A stretch of DNA of 61,605 bases, filler included, from Sluysia triapertura (lineage: Eukaryota), in assembly GCA_046118255.1 (NCBI GenBank). It is 5 parts of 5 records of this genome, joined end to end, with 100 filler letters (N's around TTAATTAATTAA, not from the genome) between each part and the next. Parts side by side here need not be neighbours in the genome. Positions count along the whole stretch, not along the records: positions 1 to 10,967 come from JBJNIA010190785.1; positions 11,068 to 27,653 come from JBJNIA010200709.1; 3 more parts are not named here. One strand, given 5' to 3'. The notes under the pieces were generated by a model. The model saw only the letters and a program-made list of their open reading frames with translations. It was not told where the DNA came from and searched no databases. The position numbers and the translations under genes were made by a program. This document shows, piece by piece, positions 1-16,371 of the stretch. Every line of letters begins with the position of its first letter. Position 1 is the first letter of the stretch.

Positions 1-190
1 GTGTTCGTGATGTAGTTGGTGTAATTGATGGTGATGATGGATGAGATGTATGTTGTGTGTTGAAGTGTGACACCACATATGGATTGTAACCATTAATTAA
101 TTGTAATGTTATATTTTGGCAGGCTCTCTGATGTCTTTTCTTTAAGTCTTTGATTACTTCTTCATACTTCTTTACACTTTTCATTAAGTA
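1..190 (-). CDS. Candidate coding exon running off the window edge, product unknown
   Basis: CTGACAG acceptor ending at 191, then a 63-codon stop-free frame (YLMKSVKKYEEVIKDLKKRHQRAC...SSPSITPTTSRT) to position 1; no recognisable homology. Confidence 0.25.
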
Positions 191-3019
191 CTGTCAGAAT
201 TGAACTGTTCAACTATTATCGTAACCATATAAATTTCAGTACCCATGATTGAAGTCATACAGATGATATGGTTACATTAAATCAAGAAGGCTACTTTCAA
301 AAATGAAAAATAAATTAATGAGTTCGCCTGTGAGGTAAGTGTTATAGAATGACTGTTCAGAAGATATTATAAGCTTATAAAGAATTGTGGAGGTACTTAT
401 TTTAAAAGTAAAAATGATCGTTTAAATATAATTAATGTTCCCGGTGTTTAGATATTTAAGTTATTTTTAAATTATGCTTAGAGTAATTACAATTCAAAAT
501 CTTAGATTATTTTAATTGTGATTTGTGAAAAATAATGATTTCGGAGTCTTTTCAAAATGACTCTGAATTTTTTAAAGCTACTTAATTTCAAAAGTAAAAT
601 AAAAAACTTAACAAGCCATCCTTTAGTAATAAATATAAATAGTTCTTGTTAAGCGAATCAGCCCTGAGCGAAACATTTTGTAAGTTATCTAAAGAAAACG
701 TATGCAATTTTATTTGCATTATTATTAACTTCACATTGTTATTAATACCTTATAAAATAATTTGCGACATTCATACTCTATTTTAAACAAGAGCTTCGAA
801 TTCAGGAAGAGTTAAAATATATCTTAAAACAAAATCATTAGTATGTGTGCATAGCATGTCATGCAGGTTTATTGGGTCCATAAGTAAAAAAGTTCAAACA
901 AACCATATTAATAAACATTCTGGTCAGAAAGTCTGAACAATTTTCTTTTAACATAATACTAGAAAATAACTAGTGAAATTTGCATTCAAATCACTTGGAT
1001 CCAAGTGGCAGGTAGGTTAAAATGCATTTCAAATTCATTCATAAATTGTATAAAGTAATTGTTTAGTGATCCAAATTTGTCAATTTGTCGATCGATTCCC
1101 ATATTGTAATCTATTTGTTGGTGGTTATTCAACTTTTTACATAAAATTTCATTAACATACTAATTAAAATGCCACACATTACAACACAAACCCTAGACTA
1201 TATACACAAATATTAAAAATCTATAATAGTAAAATACATAAAATCTTTAGACTTTAAAATAACACTGTAGAACAGTATCATAACATGATAATGAAATTTC
1301 CCCAAAAGTTACTTACTTTTAAAATGTTATTAACAATCAAATTGTTTATTTTATTCAAATTGTTTTCGTAAATCAACATTACTCACATGTCGAACTCTTA
1401 AATACTGAAAGCAAAATAATAAAAATCAATTTTATGTATAAAAAGCTCGTATTTTAAGTGAAAAGCAACACTATTAAAATAAAGATATATTGAAAACTCA
1501 GTGCTATGAACGTATTACTGAACTTAATCAGAACACGTCATATAATACCAAATTAGTCATGACTCTAAAATCATTTTGGAAATGAACAGAAACATCCTTA
1601 TTTGAATTTAAGAAGAAATTTTGTCAAATGACAATATGATTATGCTGAATTAAAGTGTACAAATGATTTCGAACAAATATCGTAGTTACAGAGGTTATAA
1701 TTAAAGATATCGATAATGAAACAAAAGAATTATACGTAACTATCCAGCAATTATCCAAAGATAATGAGTTTTGTGACAAACAACCTATTATCTAATTCAG
1801 AATAATAAAATGTTGCCTTCACTTTAAATTAACAAATTTAACAAAATTAGATTAATCTTAAATCTCGATATATTTTTAATAATCACAAGATCAAATCAAA
1901 TGAATACTATAAGTTATTTTGTAACAATAATGCAAAACAATTAAATAAAGTATAATACTCAAATCCACGGTGACAACACTCAAATAAAATGTTAGCAACC
2001 TTATAAATATAAGAAAATAAATTTAATAGTCCAGGGTTTAATCAATTTATTAAATCCAACATAATAAAAATTTAACACTGTGGATATAACAATACTTGTT
2101 TTCACAATAATGAATCAACTTAAATTGAATATAAATCTAACCAAATATAAAACCAATAATGATCTCAATAAAATGATCGCTTTGTAAAGACAATTTTAAT
2201 TTTAGTTGATTATAGTAATTGTAATATTTTTAATTAATTGTAATATTGATTGTAATAATTATTAAAATATTTGTAAAATAATTTAAAATCAAAAGAATTG
2301 TAAATAATTATTAACCTTTATTTTAAAAGAACTTTAAATCTTTAAATGTACGTAGTTATTTTATTAGCTATTTTATTACACCCATGAAAAATATTTAGTT
2401 TATATTTACGTATTTACGTATTTACATAAAAAAGATAAAATTATTTTAGCAGTTGCAAAAGCAGATGTAAAAAACAAATATAAATATTTTAAAATTATTT
2501 TCACAAAGCTTAAGACGCCAACATCTGGATATATAAATGAAAATTGCTATGAAATTTCACACAAATAAATAACAGACAAGAGACTAAAAACTTGTAAAAG
2601 GGAATTATTAATTTTTATACAAAATAATTCCTTCGTAGTGCAGTTGCAAGATTTTTACGTGAAATCGAAGTAATCCTAATCTTACAAAATAACTAGAGGT
2701 CATATCCACCTAATAAACGGTTTATTAGGCTTTTGGAAAATAAATTCCTTAGTCATACTTCACAAGTTTCCTTTTAAGAGGTGTCACGTATTCACGTAAA
2801 ATTAGAATATGATACTTAATAATATATTCTTCAATCCTGACTATAAATCAGATAAGTTAAACTAGCCGCTATGATGTAGTTTGATCATGATTTTAAGCTA
2901 GCCTTTATGGTCTAGAGCATCTTTTAAATTATTTTAATGAATTTAAAAATTAAGGTCTAGCAAATTACCATAAATTGTCTTATTTTAATAATAATATTTA
3001 TAATAGTTACGTTTATAAA

Positions 3020-5750
3020 TCAAATTAATAACAACTCAATAATTTAATAATTACAAAGTCAAATACAAATTGTTATTACAAGTTTCCGCTTTAAGAATAA
3101 AAAATGACTAAATCACAAAAGTAACAATAATGTTGATAATAATATTAAGCATACTTCCATCTATCCAAAAAAACAGAGGTGACACAACACAAAGATAATT
3201 ATTAACTATTATTCAAGCTTATTCCTTATTAAAAATCCAGTATAAATTTACCAAAACAAAAAAACAAGAACAAAAACTATTTTAATAAAATCCCCAAAAA
3301 TTATATTATTTTTAATTATAAAATAAATTCAAAAAGTACTTAAAGCATGGATCTTCTCATTTGTTGTTAAGTAAAATTTTTTGGTATTCCTTTTTATATT
3401 TTCTCATCATCAAATCATTCCCAAATCTTTGATTAAACATTCTCTTACACAAGCACCGCAAAATTCTTTGAGATTTAATAACTTTGACAATAATAACTTT
3501 GGCTGTCAAACTTGATTTAAAAAATTGATTTACAACTATCAGTTATTTTTCTTTACTTTACGGAATCTACTTTTACTTAAATTAATTCTCACATTAATAT
3601 ATCAATAAACAATATTATTAACATACATAAAAATAATGAATTTAATTTCAATTTTCACACCCAATTTCCTTTTGGAAAATGTTTAAGGTTCTTATTCTCA
3701 AACAAACCATTCCCCAAACATTTCAAACTCACTTCTAGATTCTCCTTTCTCGTAGCAGTCATCTCACGTTTAATTTATTATATTTTGCATCATTCTAAGT
3801 ATAAAAATTCATCATTCCATATTAAAGAATTAATTAAAATTTGACTTTGCTCAATATTAAAGCTTTCATTGCATGAACTTGGTCAAACCACATGTTCATC
3901 GAAAGGTCTTTCTAAAACAAATACATGCACAATTTCAAATTTAATGTAGCATGCCGCATTCGAAAGTTATTTACAAAAGTGAACTTTTTCTTAATTAAGT
4001 TAATTAATAAATCTATTTTTAGACTTAATCTTATTTTATGTTTAGAGGTTTTATTAAGGTCCTAAAGTTATTTAGTAGTTTATAAGGCATTTGTAATGAT
4101 GTAATATTGTTGCGTAATAATAATTTTAAATATTTCGTAATGTTGTCATGTAATAATAATGTAATAATTTTAATTATTTAAGTACTTTAATAGAATATAA
4201 TAATTTTAATTATTTAATTTTTAATGTTAATTTATATTTGAATGGTAATATAATTGCAATTATTAAATTATTGTAATTTTATTGATTATTATAATTGAAA
4301 AATATTACAATTGTTTTAAATGATGAATTGCTTAGTTTATAAATAATACTACTAAAAACAGAGTTTAAAATAACTATAAATAACGAATCGCTAAAAAAGT
4401 TGGTAGACAAAATTTTAATTATAAAATTTGAAGATTTTGTGAACTTTGAAAATTTATTTTGGAATCAAAATTATTGATGATCGAAATTGAAAATTGTTAA
4501 GAAGACCTTAAATTTATTAATTATCAAATTTGAAAATTTTTACAAAAGAAGAGACTAAATTTTTAAGAAACATTAACAAGAAAGAAAAGTTGCTGATATT
4601 TTAAAAGGAATTACGGAAATAATAATTATCGTTCGCAAAAAATTTTAATATAAAATAATATAAATTTACGAAATATTAATAAATTATATTGCATATATAA
4701 AATTCAAAGATAGTAAATTATTATCAGAATAATAATAATCATAACATTAAATTAATTATTGATATTATAAAACTACTAAATGATTTTAATTTTTTTGACA
4801 TTGTTCTCATTAGTAAAATTACCCATATTTTGGGCATTCATTTTAGTTAATTGTATTCAATAAATAATAAGAAATTTAATTGTTGTCATTAATTGGTCTT
4901 ATCAAAACAATAAAGAGAATAAAATAAAATAATTTCTAGGTAATCAAAGTAATATATCTAACCAAGAACTTAACATAATAACTGATAAAATTTTTTCTCA
5001 TATATATTATTAAAGAGATTATCCCATAAATCGTAAATTATTATATCAAGCATCACGAATTTTTTCATATATATAAATCAAGAAGATTTTAACATATTAT
5101 AACTAAGTTTATTAACTATTAATACAAGAAACTTTTATATCTCATAACCAAGTTTTGTTAACTATTAACTCTTGCAATCCTCATCTAGGTTTACAACGAA
5201 CCTCCGAATCTATTCATATATTTTAGCTGAAAAATCTATGTACTGGTCCTTAATGAATAAGTTCAGTATCATAGAGAGCTCACTTTATAATGCTCAAAAG
5301 TTTTATAAAATAATAAAATAAAATAATTTCAGTTTAGAATAATATAATTAGCAAAAAAGCAAAAATCAAAAGTAGAAAATTTCACATATTATAACTATAA
5401 AGAAATTGTTTAACATATATTCTAACAACTATACAATTTTCACATTCATGAGGTTCTAGATGTTTTCAGCGTCACCTCCCTGATTCCTTTTTCTACTTCT
5501 TTATGTTAAATATTACCATAGTAGATCATTACCAATAATAATGATTTTATTTCTCAAATATTTTAAAGATTTTAAATACTTTTTAAGGTTACTAAAGGAT
5601 CTCAAATGCTTATCGATGTTCCAAGAATACTTAAAGGTTACTAAGGTCTTAAATGATCTAAAGATTTTCAAAGTCTATCTCAAGCTTCCATAAAGTCTCA
5701 AACCCTTATATAAGTCTTTGAAACTCCAAGGTATTCTTTAACTGTTAACA
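3020..5750 (-). repeat. Dispersed repeat family A, copy 1 (interrupted by the solo LTR at 4092-5442)
   Basis: Colinear similarity with 27900-29220, 26620-27510 and, inverted, 48960-49390 (e.g. TTTGACTTTGCTCAATATTAA and ATCTATTTTTAGACTTAATCTTA shared with 27900-29220). Confidence 0.85.
4092..5442. mobile_element. Solo-LTR-like insertion (1351 bp, TG...CA, 4-bp TSD CATT)
   Basis: CATT at 4088-4091 and 5443-5446. Removing the insert restores AAGGCATTCATGAGGTTCTAGATG, matching the empty sites in the family A copies at ~28944 and ~49300. Internal TATATAAA (~5071) and AATAAA (~5310). Confidence 0.75.
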
Positions 5751-7749
5751 TTATTTTAGATGCTTTCGCTTTCATGATTCTTATTCCAACAATGTTTATT
5801 ATGCTGAATAAATAATCTTTTATCAGTTTTTCCTTCATTTTATAAGTTCTATATGTTTCTCACTCATCTCCTGATTTACAATAGAGCAATCCCGACAATA
5901 AATCCAGCATAAAATAACCATAAATAAATATTTAAAAATTTTTAGTAAAATAAAATAAACAAAATTTAGAAATATAATTTTTATTATAGATAAAATTCTT
6001 TTTATTAATTTGTATTTTAAAAATTTTAAAAGAAAATTTTATTTTTATTATTATTATTTTTATATTTTAATTTAATTATTATACTTTTTAATAATTATAA
6101 AAATTTCAAATTTACAGTTTCAAATCTTATTTCTTTTTGTAATCTTTAACTTTGATAAAAGTATTTAATAAAGGTATCGTTTTTTCTGAATTTAGTTTTT
6201 AGCGCTACTTTTACTTCTATCACAACATTTTGTATAATAAACTTGAAATTTTTTCATTGTTTAGAAAAAGTTTAAGGATTCATAATTAGATGGAAAGAAA
6301 AAAATTAAACAATTAAATAGCAAAAGTTAATTAATTTAGTTTATAGCTAAAAGTGAATTAAAGATATGGCTATTGTGTCAAAAGTAATCGAATAGGAATA
6401 TAGTGAAACATTATAACAATTCCATAAGCAACAAAATTTTGCCATTAAGGTATTGTAAAGAATTATAACTTAAGGCATTATAATAATTCCAAAAACGAGT
6501 TAGGAGATTATGAGAAAACATTTTTCGTAAAGTCGTGGTCTGATAAGGTGAGAAAATCAGAGACGTTAAAAATCTATTTAAAAAATTAAAATTATTTAAG
6601 AAATTAATTTTTAGTAGACATCTTAAACTCTCACTTAATTTAGAACTAAAGCAATTAATTACCATTTATACGCTTATTTTACATAAGTAGTTGTTAAAGG
6701 CATAACTTATTAAGTTGACAGAACCTCATTAAGTTTAATATGTAGAATAGTAATACGTAAATAATGCAAATCAATCGTTTAATTGTAACTTTGTATACAG
6801 AAAAAATTTTTAATATGAATTGTAAATTCATACTAATTTCGTCTTTTGTTTAATTTTTAAAAAATTGTAAATTATTTTATATGAATATTATGTAAATTTA
6901 AACTTTCTATAATACTTAGCGTCAAAATACACGTAAAATCATCATTATTTTCGAAATCCATCTATTCACCTGGATCAATCTTAATTTTAAAATTTCCTAT
7001 TGAATTTAGGAGAAATCCTTAAAATTAACCCATTATATTTATTTGTAGATATATTTACTTAATCTTGTAATACTTTTTAACTAATTATATGGAATAAATA
7101 GTTATTTATTTTTGTCATTTTGTAACGATAAAATTTGTAGTACATTAAAATAGAAGAATCCACATTTATAGTAAAAAATAGCATTTGTGTTGAATGTTAA
7201 TAAAAATTCGTTACGTAGTTAATTCGTTGAATAATTAATAATAAATATTAATATGAGGAAAATTATCTTATGATGTCAACGAATTAATAGTTTAAGAATT
7301 ATTTACAAAACATTTGTAAGTATTGCAGTTATATTACCATTGTATTTATAACTATCATTAAATACCCTCATTGTTAATATTGTTTATTGTATCTCCAGTA
7401 TTAGTGAAAACTTTTCGTAGTTTAATTGACTAAATCCTGTAACTGTGTCCTCCGCGAGATACAAATAACAAATTACAGGCGAACCTTTACTGAAGGATAA
7501 AGGTCGATATAAGGGTCATGACTCAGGATAACAGAATAAGGTGAACGTTATTAAAGAATTAAGATAAGGCATTATGATGAACTGTAATGGTAAGATAAGT
7601 ATATAAAATACTTAAATTAAAACAAAATATCGAGAAATAAGAAGAAATATTCATTTACAAGGTTTTATTTGTTAAAATATTAAAGTACATTTGTTAATTA
7701 AGTTAATTAAAATTTCTTTAATTTGTTAAATCAATAAAAATGCTTGTTC

Positions 7750-8010
7750 ATTATTAATGATGAAGTATTGCGAAGCACGTCAACGTAGATAACGTTAAGA
7801 TTAGTTATTTTAATTAATTTTTAAAAATTAAAATTACAGTTAAATATGTTCCGATGTCTAAGTATTAATAAAGTATATATCAAATTGATGCTTATAGAGG
7901 GAATACTTCAAATATGTTATTGAACTTGACCTGCAACGTACAGTTGACGCACAATGCATTATGTGAAAAATTCTTGTGAGAAATAAATTTATTATTTCAT
8001 CAATTTTACT
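7750..8010 (+). repeat. Dispersed repeat family C, copy 1
   Basis: Aligns by eye with 33470-33731 (CGAAGCAC..AGATAACGT..TTAGTTATTTTAATTA..AAAGTATATAT.AAATTGAT). Confidence 0.7.
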
Positions 8011-8089
8011 TTTAAATTAAGTTGACATATTACGCTATTAATGTAATGACTGTATAATAATGATTTTAAATTTTAATTAGATGATATTC

Positions 8090-8360
8090 GAAGGATAAGG
8101 GGGTTATTTATCACAAATACCATTAACTGTGGATAATTAAAATGATAATGAAGTTAAATGCTGTCGAAATTCAATTAGCGAAATTGTTCGGCTTATTGCC
8201 GACTAAAATAGATTCGACAGCTTTAATTTCCCTCTTGCTCAATTTCTGATTATTCATCTAACTAATTATCATAAAACTGCTATTCAAGCAATTACATTTC
8301 TGTAAGAAAATTAGGAGTAAAACGCACAATAGGCCAGAGTTAAGAATTAGAAACTTTAAT
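8090..8360 (+). repeat. Dispersed repeat family F, copy 1
   Basis: Inverted match to 18340-18660 (CGACAGCTTTAATTTCC, ATAAAACTGCTAT..AAGCA.TTACATTTCTG). Confidence 0.7.
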
Positions 8361-8772
8361 GAAACTAAAGTTATTTCTTTAGAAATAGACGAAAATAAAC
8401 CATTTCCTTTTCAGAACAAAGGTTATTAATATATTTCTTAGTAATATATTTTGCATTAATACAGGTGCTAAAATTTAAATAAGTTGTGTCAACCCTAATT
8501 GTGATTTGTCTTCAAAGAATAATTTACATTTTTATAAAGAGTAATTTTTATTGTCATTGTTACAGTATAAAAAATATATCGACTTTGAATTTATTTAGTT
8601 ATTGAGTTTTAATTTAATAATTTGGGAAAATAAAAGTATTAAAAGACACAACAAATCCTACGGGAACGTCACGTAAGCGTAAAATGTTAATCGCAGGCTA
8701 ACCTATTAAGTAAAATCTAATTTGTTAGTTAAGTTTCAGAAAAACACCAGCATTATTATAAAACAAAAGTAT

Positions 8773-8812
8773 TGTTGGGATACAGACAGAGTTGACGGCT
8801 CAGTCGGTAGAG
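8773..8812 (+). repeat. Degenerate 5' fragment of the tRNA-containing TG...CA element
   Basis: TGTTGGG start, then AGAC-AGAGTTGA-CGGCTCAGTCGGTAGAG, resembling AGAC-GGGGCTGA-TAGCTCAGTGGTAGAG of 26291-26451. Confidence 0.45.
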
Positions 8813-10967
8813 AATGCCAATTCATATGAAAGAACTTTTCCCTAATGTCGGATTTTTGGAGGCACTTTGTCACACAATACCTATGTGTCGAATATTGTCA
8901 GATCGTTGGTTAATGTATCTCTTCCATGATCATCTCGAGTTACCTTCTATGTCAGTTTAGATGGATGGTACCTACAACAATGCCATTTTAAAAGAAAATG
9001 ATGCGAGTTGCCTTTCACTTGTACTAGGTACTAAATTCATTTCTGTGTCTAATCCTTCTGAAGAAATGATGAATACGATGATGAATGATGTTCGATGATG
9101 AAAACCAAAAAGATGGAAATGCGAACTCTACTATAAAATTCATACCTCTTTAAAAGATCAATAGTCCCCGGTTGCCCCACGATCTTTGCAATTATCTACA
9201 TTAGAGCTCATTGCTTTCTCCTTGTTATTGATATTAATGACGGTTGTGCCTATGTCTCGACTCTTTACGATGGCACAATGATCAAAATACAAATGCTATA
9301 TGGAAAAGACTCTGTCAGCGCATTTGTACCCTACTAAATATTGGGGATATCATCCCAAATTCTCCATTTCTATTTCAGTTACAAACCAATTCATATGACC
9401 GCGGTGTCATGGTTTGTGCGTATTTGGAGACCCTGGCACTATAGTGCTCACATCTAAAAATTGATCATCTGGCAATTCGTGCTTTGCTTCGTCCTGAGCC
9501 GCTTTTCCTTAAAGGAAAACCGAAACATGGTCTCACCCAACTTTTGGGATTTCAATCGGCACTTCATCCATGCCCTGAGATACAAAATAGGGAATTTTGA
9601 AACCAGTGCGAAAAAAAGCAATATTGGTCGAGGTTATAAAAACTGACACCCGCCTGCATTCCACAATGGACGAATATAAAAGTTACAAAGTCAATCAAAC
9701 TACCCATCCTAATTCCTCAGTGTCACACCTGCGCCACGACAAGCAACTTCGGCCAAAGTTGCAAGGTCTAGAAAAGACTTACTCCCTACCCCCGTTACAC
9801 AATAGGCAGTCCCACGACTCAAGGCTGCACACAACCTGTGTCCTAAAAAGATCAGGCGTAATCGACATGAACCTCAATTAACACGTGGAGATAACAGTAA
9901 TCGCCAGGTCCTACTCCAACAAAATGAATGGAAAGAGAAACCATTCAAACACAATAATTTGCAAATAAATTGGTACCTCATACTGAGGCAGTGATGAAAC
10001 CTCCCCTATATACATCTAAGGGTTTCTTTACCAACAACCTTATATTTACAATATATGATAATACATATTTCTGTGTTAAACTCAATGACAAGAACCTTTG
10101 CTTATTCCTCCTCTTCCTGATAGTTCCATTCCTCCTACGACTATTGATATACCCCAAATTCCTACTGTTCTACCTACTCCTTGTGGTGGTACAGCCACCA
10201 CAAAACTGACTTCAATTTAGTCTGTTTGCTCTTCTTAAAATTGATGCTTGAAAATATATTTGTGAGCAAGAACCTATAATTGGAAGTACTTGCTGGGTAG
10301 ATTGAAACATACGGGAGTAGTTTGTGTCAAGACCCTAATAAACCGACAATTCAAGATTGGTAATGAAGAAATTAATAATCGACGAAATACAAGAATAAGT
10401 AATGTTTTTGAAAATTTAATTTCAAGTGATAAAGCACAAATATGGTAAGTTATATAAACACGAAAAACAAATGTCCTCTTCGAAGAACATTTTATCTGAA
10501 TAAGAAGCTAGAGTGATTTTTGAAATGGAATTATTCTGTAGAAGATTTCACTATAACAATTTTACGTACAAAATCACAAACGACAAAAAACTTTTGATCC
10601 TAGAAAATTTAATAAAATCAAATAATGAGACAAAATTTGATGCGGAACTCTCCAAATTAATTACAAAATGATGTACTAAGTAAAATTTAATTAATGAACA
10701 TTTAATTAAACTTATTTTTATTCTATTGTACTATTTTATATTTTATATTATTAATATTTAAAATTATTGTCTGTATTTTTAAGTGAAAGTTTTGTAAATT
10801 TATATTAATTTTTATCGCTTAAATAATAATAGTAATATTTTTATGTAGCAATAATTAAAAAGTTTGTTTTTTTAATTATGTTAATTTTATTAATTAAAAT
10901 TTTCTCAAACAATCTTTGTTGCAATCACTTGGGTATTTGTGTGTGCGTGATCAAAAATTAAAATTTT

Positions 10968-11067
10968 NNNNNNNNNNNNNNNNNNNNNNNNNNNNNNNNN
11001 NNNNNNNNNNNTTAATTAATTAANNNNNNNNNNNNNNNNNNNNNNNNNNNNNNNNNNNNNNNNNNNN
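10968..11067. other. Artificial assembly linker N44-TTAATTAATTAA-N44
   Basis: Six-frame stop linker at 11012-11023; identical structure at 27654-27753, 38584-38683 and 49517-49616. Confidence 0.95.

Positions 11068-11139
<72 letters not shown>
11068..11139 (+). repeat. (AAT)n microsatellite
   Basis: About 24 perfect units abutting a gap. Confidence 0.95.
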
Positions 11140-11984
11140 TTTAAGTAATAACTATATATTATAATTATGGTATAAGAACAGTAATGTCGCCAATATGAAG
11201 TTCTTTCACCTTTTTTCAACTCTAAAAGAAAAATACTCAAATAGCAAATATAATTATTTTACTTCTATTTATAATAACCAATAGAAATTAAATTTACAAT
11301 GAGAATATTTTAACTACACTTATTATTAACAAAAAATTGAAATCATATAAATAACTTCCCTCAGCATAATAGTAATTCTGTGTAAGTAGCTGTGACACAG
11401 AATAAATAACAGATAAATACGTATGAGGATGAAAATGTGGTCTGAATTATTATATAGAAGAAAATTGGCCATGTAATGGTACGAAAATACGAAATATGAT
11501 TAAAATTGGTAAAATCACGGTGAAGAAAAATTATTATAGAAAGATTGTGGGACAAAATTTAGCGATAATGAAAAATATTATAGTTTCCCGAGGATTTTGT
11601 ACTTGTCAAAGACATTTATTTTTCATAAGCAAAAATTAAATTATAATTTAAAATTAATAAAAAAATTGATTGTAATAGAATTTAGAAATAGGTACTAATT
11701 AATATAGTTTTTATTTTATTTTAAGTTTTGAAAGATAATTTTAAAATTTTAATTGCATTTTCATCTTTAACATCAGAGAGGAGTTAGTAATTACGACGTT
11801 ACATACAAAATGAAGTTTGAAAATCGTTTGGTACTTTAAATAATTAGAAAATGATGATATTTGAATATTTATAAAAAAACAACTAAAAGGAGAAGTTTTA
11901 TAAAGTTTTAGGATGATTCATTAATTAATTATTAGCAAGAATGGAATAAGTTCAAAATTTGTAGGTTTAGTTATAAGTTTAATT

Positions 11985-12165
11985 NNNNNNNNNNNNNNNN
12001 NNNNNNNNNNNNNNNNNNNNNNNNNNNNNNNNNNNNNNNNNNNNNNNNNNNNNNNNNNNNNNNNNNNNNNNNNNNNNNNNNNNNNNNNNNNNNNNNNNNN
12101 NNNNNNNNNNNNNNNNNNNNNNNNNNNNNNNNNNNNNNNNNNNNNNNNNNNNNNNNNNNNNNNNN
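11985..12165. other. Assembly gap
   Basis: Run of N. Confidence 0.99.
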
Positions 12166-12559
12166 ATTTAACCTAAGAACAAAGTTACATTAGATTCTAG
12201 TAAATTTATGCAAGCAGAACTAATTGTTAAATTTTATACTTGACTCTATACTTCCTTGTTCTCATAAGTATTATTTTATTTGATTAGTTTTTGTGAACGA
12301 TTGATTGAAATATTGATTTATTATAGTAATAATAATAATTATTATTGCTATGGTTACATTAGATTTTCGCTTTCAATTTAATCTACGATTTTTGATATAA
12401 AAGGGTGTCAAATACTTGATATTATAACCGCAGATATTCTTTCCACATTAATATATAATACATAATTTTAAATTAATCGTTCTACTCTTTCTGATTAATT
12501 CAATTAATGGTTTTATTACTACCTTAAATATTTTTTAAATTTTCTGTAATAATTGGCTA

Positions 12560-13100
12560 AGAAAAAGAACACATGTACTTCTCTTAGTTTAAAATCTGCC
12601 AAGAATAGTTTTCTTTGGCTTTAGTGAAATTCCTTGTTGAAATAATATGTCATATGAATGTAAATTTTCTCTGAACCATTCACATGTGATTGGTTTAATA
12701 TTCTGTATTTGTTATGTAAACTAATTAAAACTTTTTCAATGGCTATCGAAATCTATGATATCTTGTTAACACAAAATTCATATATCGATGATCCTTTGAG
12801 ACCGAAACGCATCTTTAACATTCAAGTATTCTTTCTTAAGTAGAAAATGAGGAGGTAATTTAGATTTAATGTCGTAAAATATTTGGAGTTTCCCAGTTTA
12901 TTTAACAAATTCTTTGTTATTTAAAGAATATTTATCTTATTTAATTTCTTGAAGTCTATGCAGAATCTCACGGAAATGTCCTTTTTTTACTAATAATACA
13001 AGGTGAGAAACTTGTCCTTTATTATCTCAGTATTATTTATTATGACCTTTTTGTAATATTCTGCAGAAATTTCTCCCTTTAAATGGATTTGAGGCTTTTA
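12560..13100 (-). mobile_element. Decayed Ty3/Gypsy reverse transcriptase fragment
   Basis: Frameshifted minus-strand motifs in correct order: FSPCI..LVKKG, VRFCIDFKKLNK, KLGNSKYFTTLNL, MRFGLKGS (MPFGL), QGISLKPKK. Confidence 0.75.
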
Positions 13101-13409
13101 TTTTGTACATACAATATCATTTTCTGGTACTGCTTCTTTTGAAATACTCCGATCTTTTGATTTTTGAATAATTTAATTGAGTTGTTAGTGGGTTTACTCA
13201 AAGTGACTTATGTTAATAATACTTCGAGTTAGCAAAATTGAACATGACAAAGGTTCAAAAATTTAGGATTTTTTCCAGTTATAAGATGTGTGTTATCACA
13301 CTATTTTGACTCACATGTCTTACATTTCGTTAATATAATATATTTACAAGTTTCAAACTCCTCAAACAAATGACGATCAATAATGAAGTTATTTTTAGAA
13401 AAATACTGA

Positions 13410-16371
<2,962 letters not shown>

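Noticed and set aside
303-334. Possible first exon of UGP2 (MKNKLMSSPV|GTAAGT)
   Set aside because: No similarity support, and it is separated from UGP2 by gaps with the intermediate exons missing.
11012-11023. TTAATTAATTAA as a biological repeat or CRISPR-like unit
   Set aside because: Always centred in 44-N runs; assembly linker.
11016-11240. Poly-Leu ORF, and ORF 42962-43261
   Set aside because: Artefacts of a microsatellite and N runs.
12785-12815. Minimal hammerhead ribozyme (GATGA...CCGAAAC)
   Set aside because: Explained by the antisense Gypsy RT MPFGLK-like motif; CUGAUGA core incomplete.
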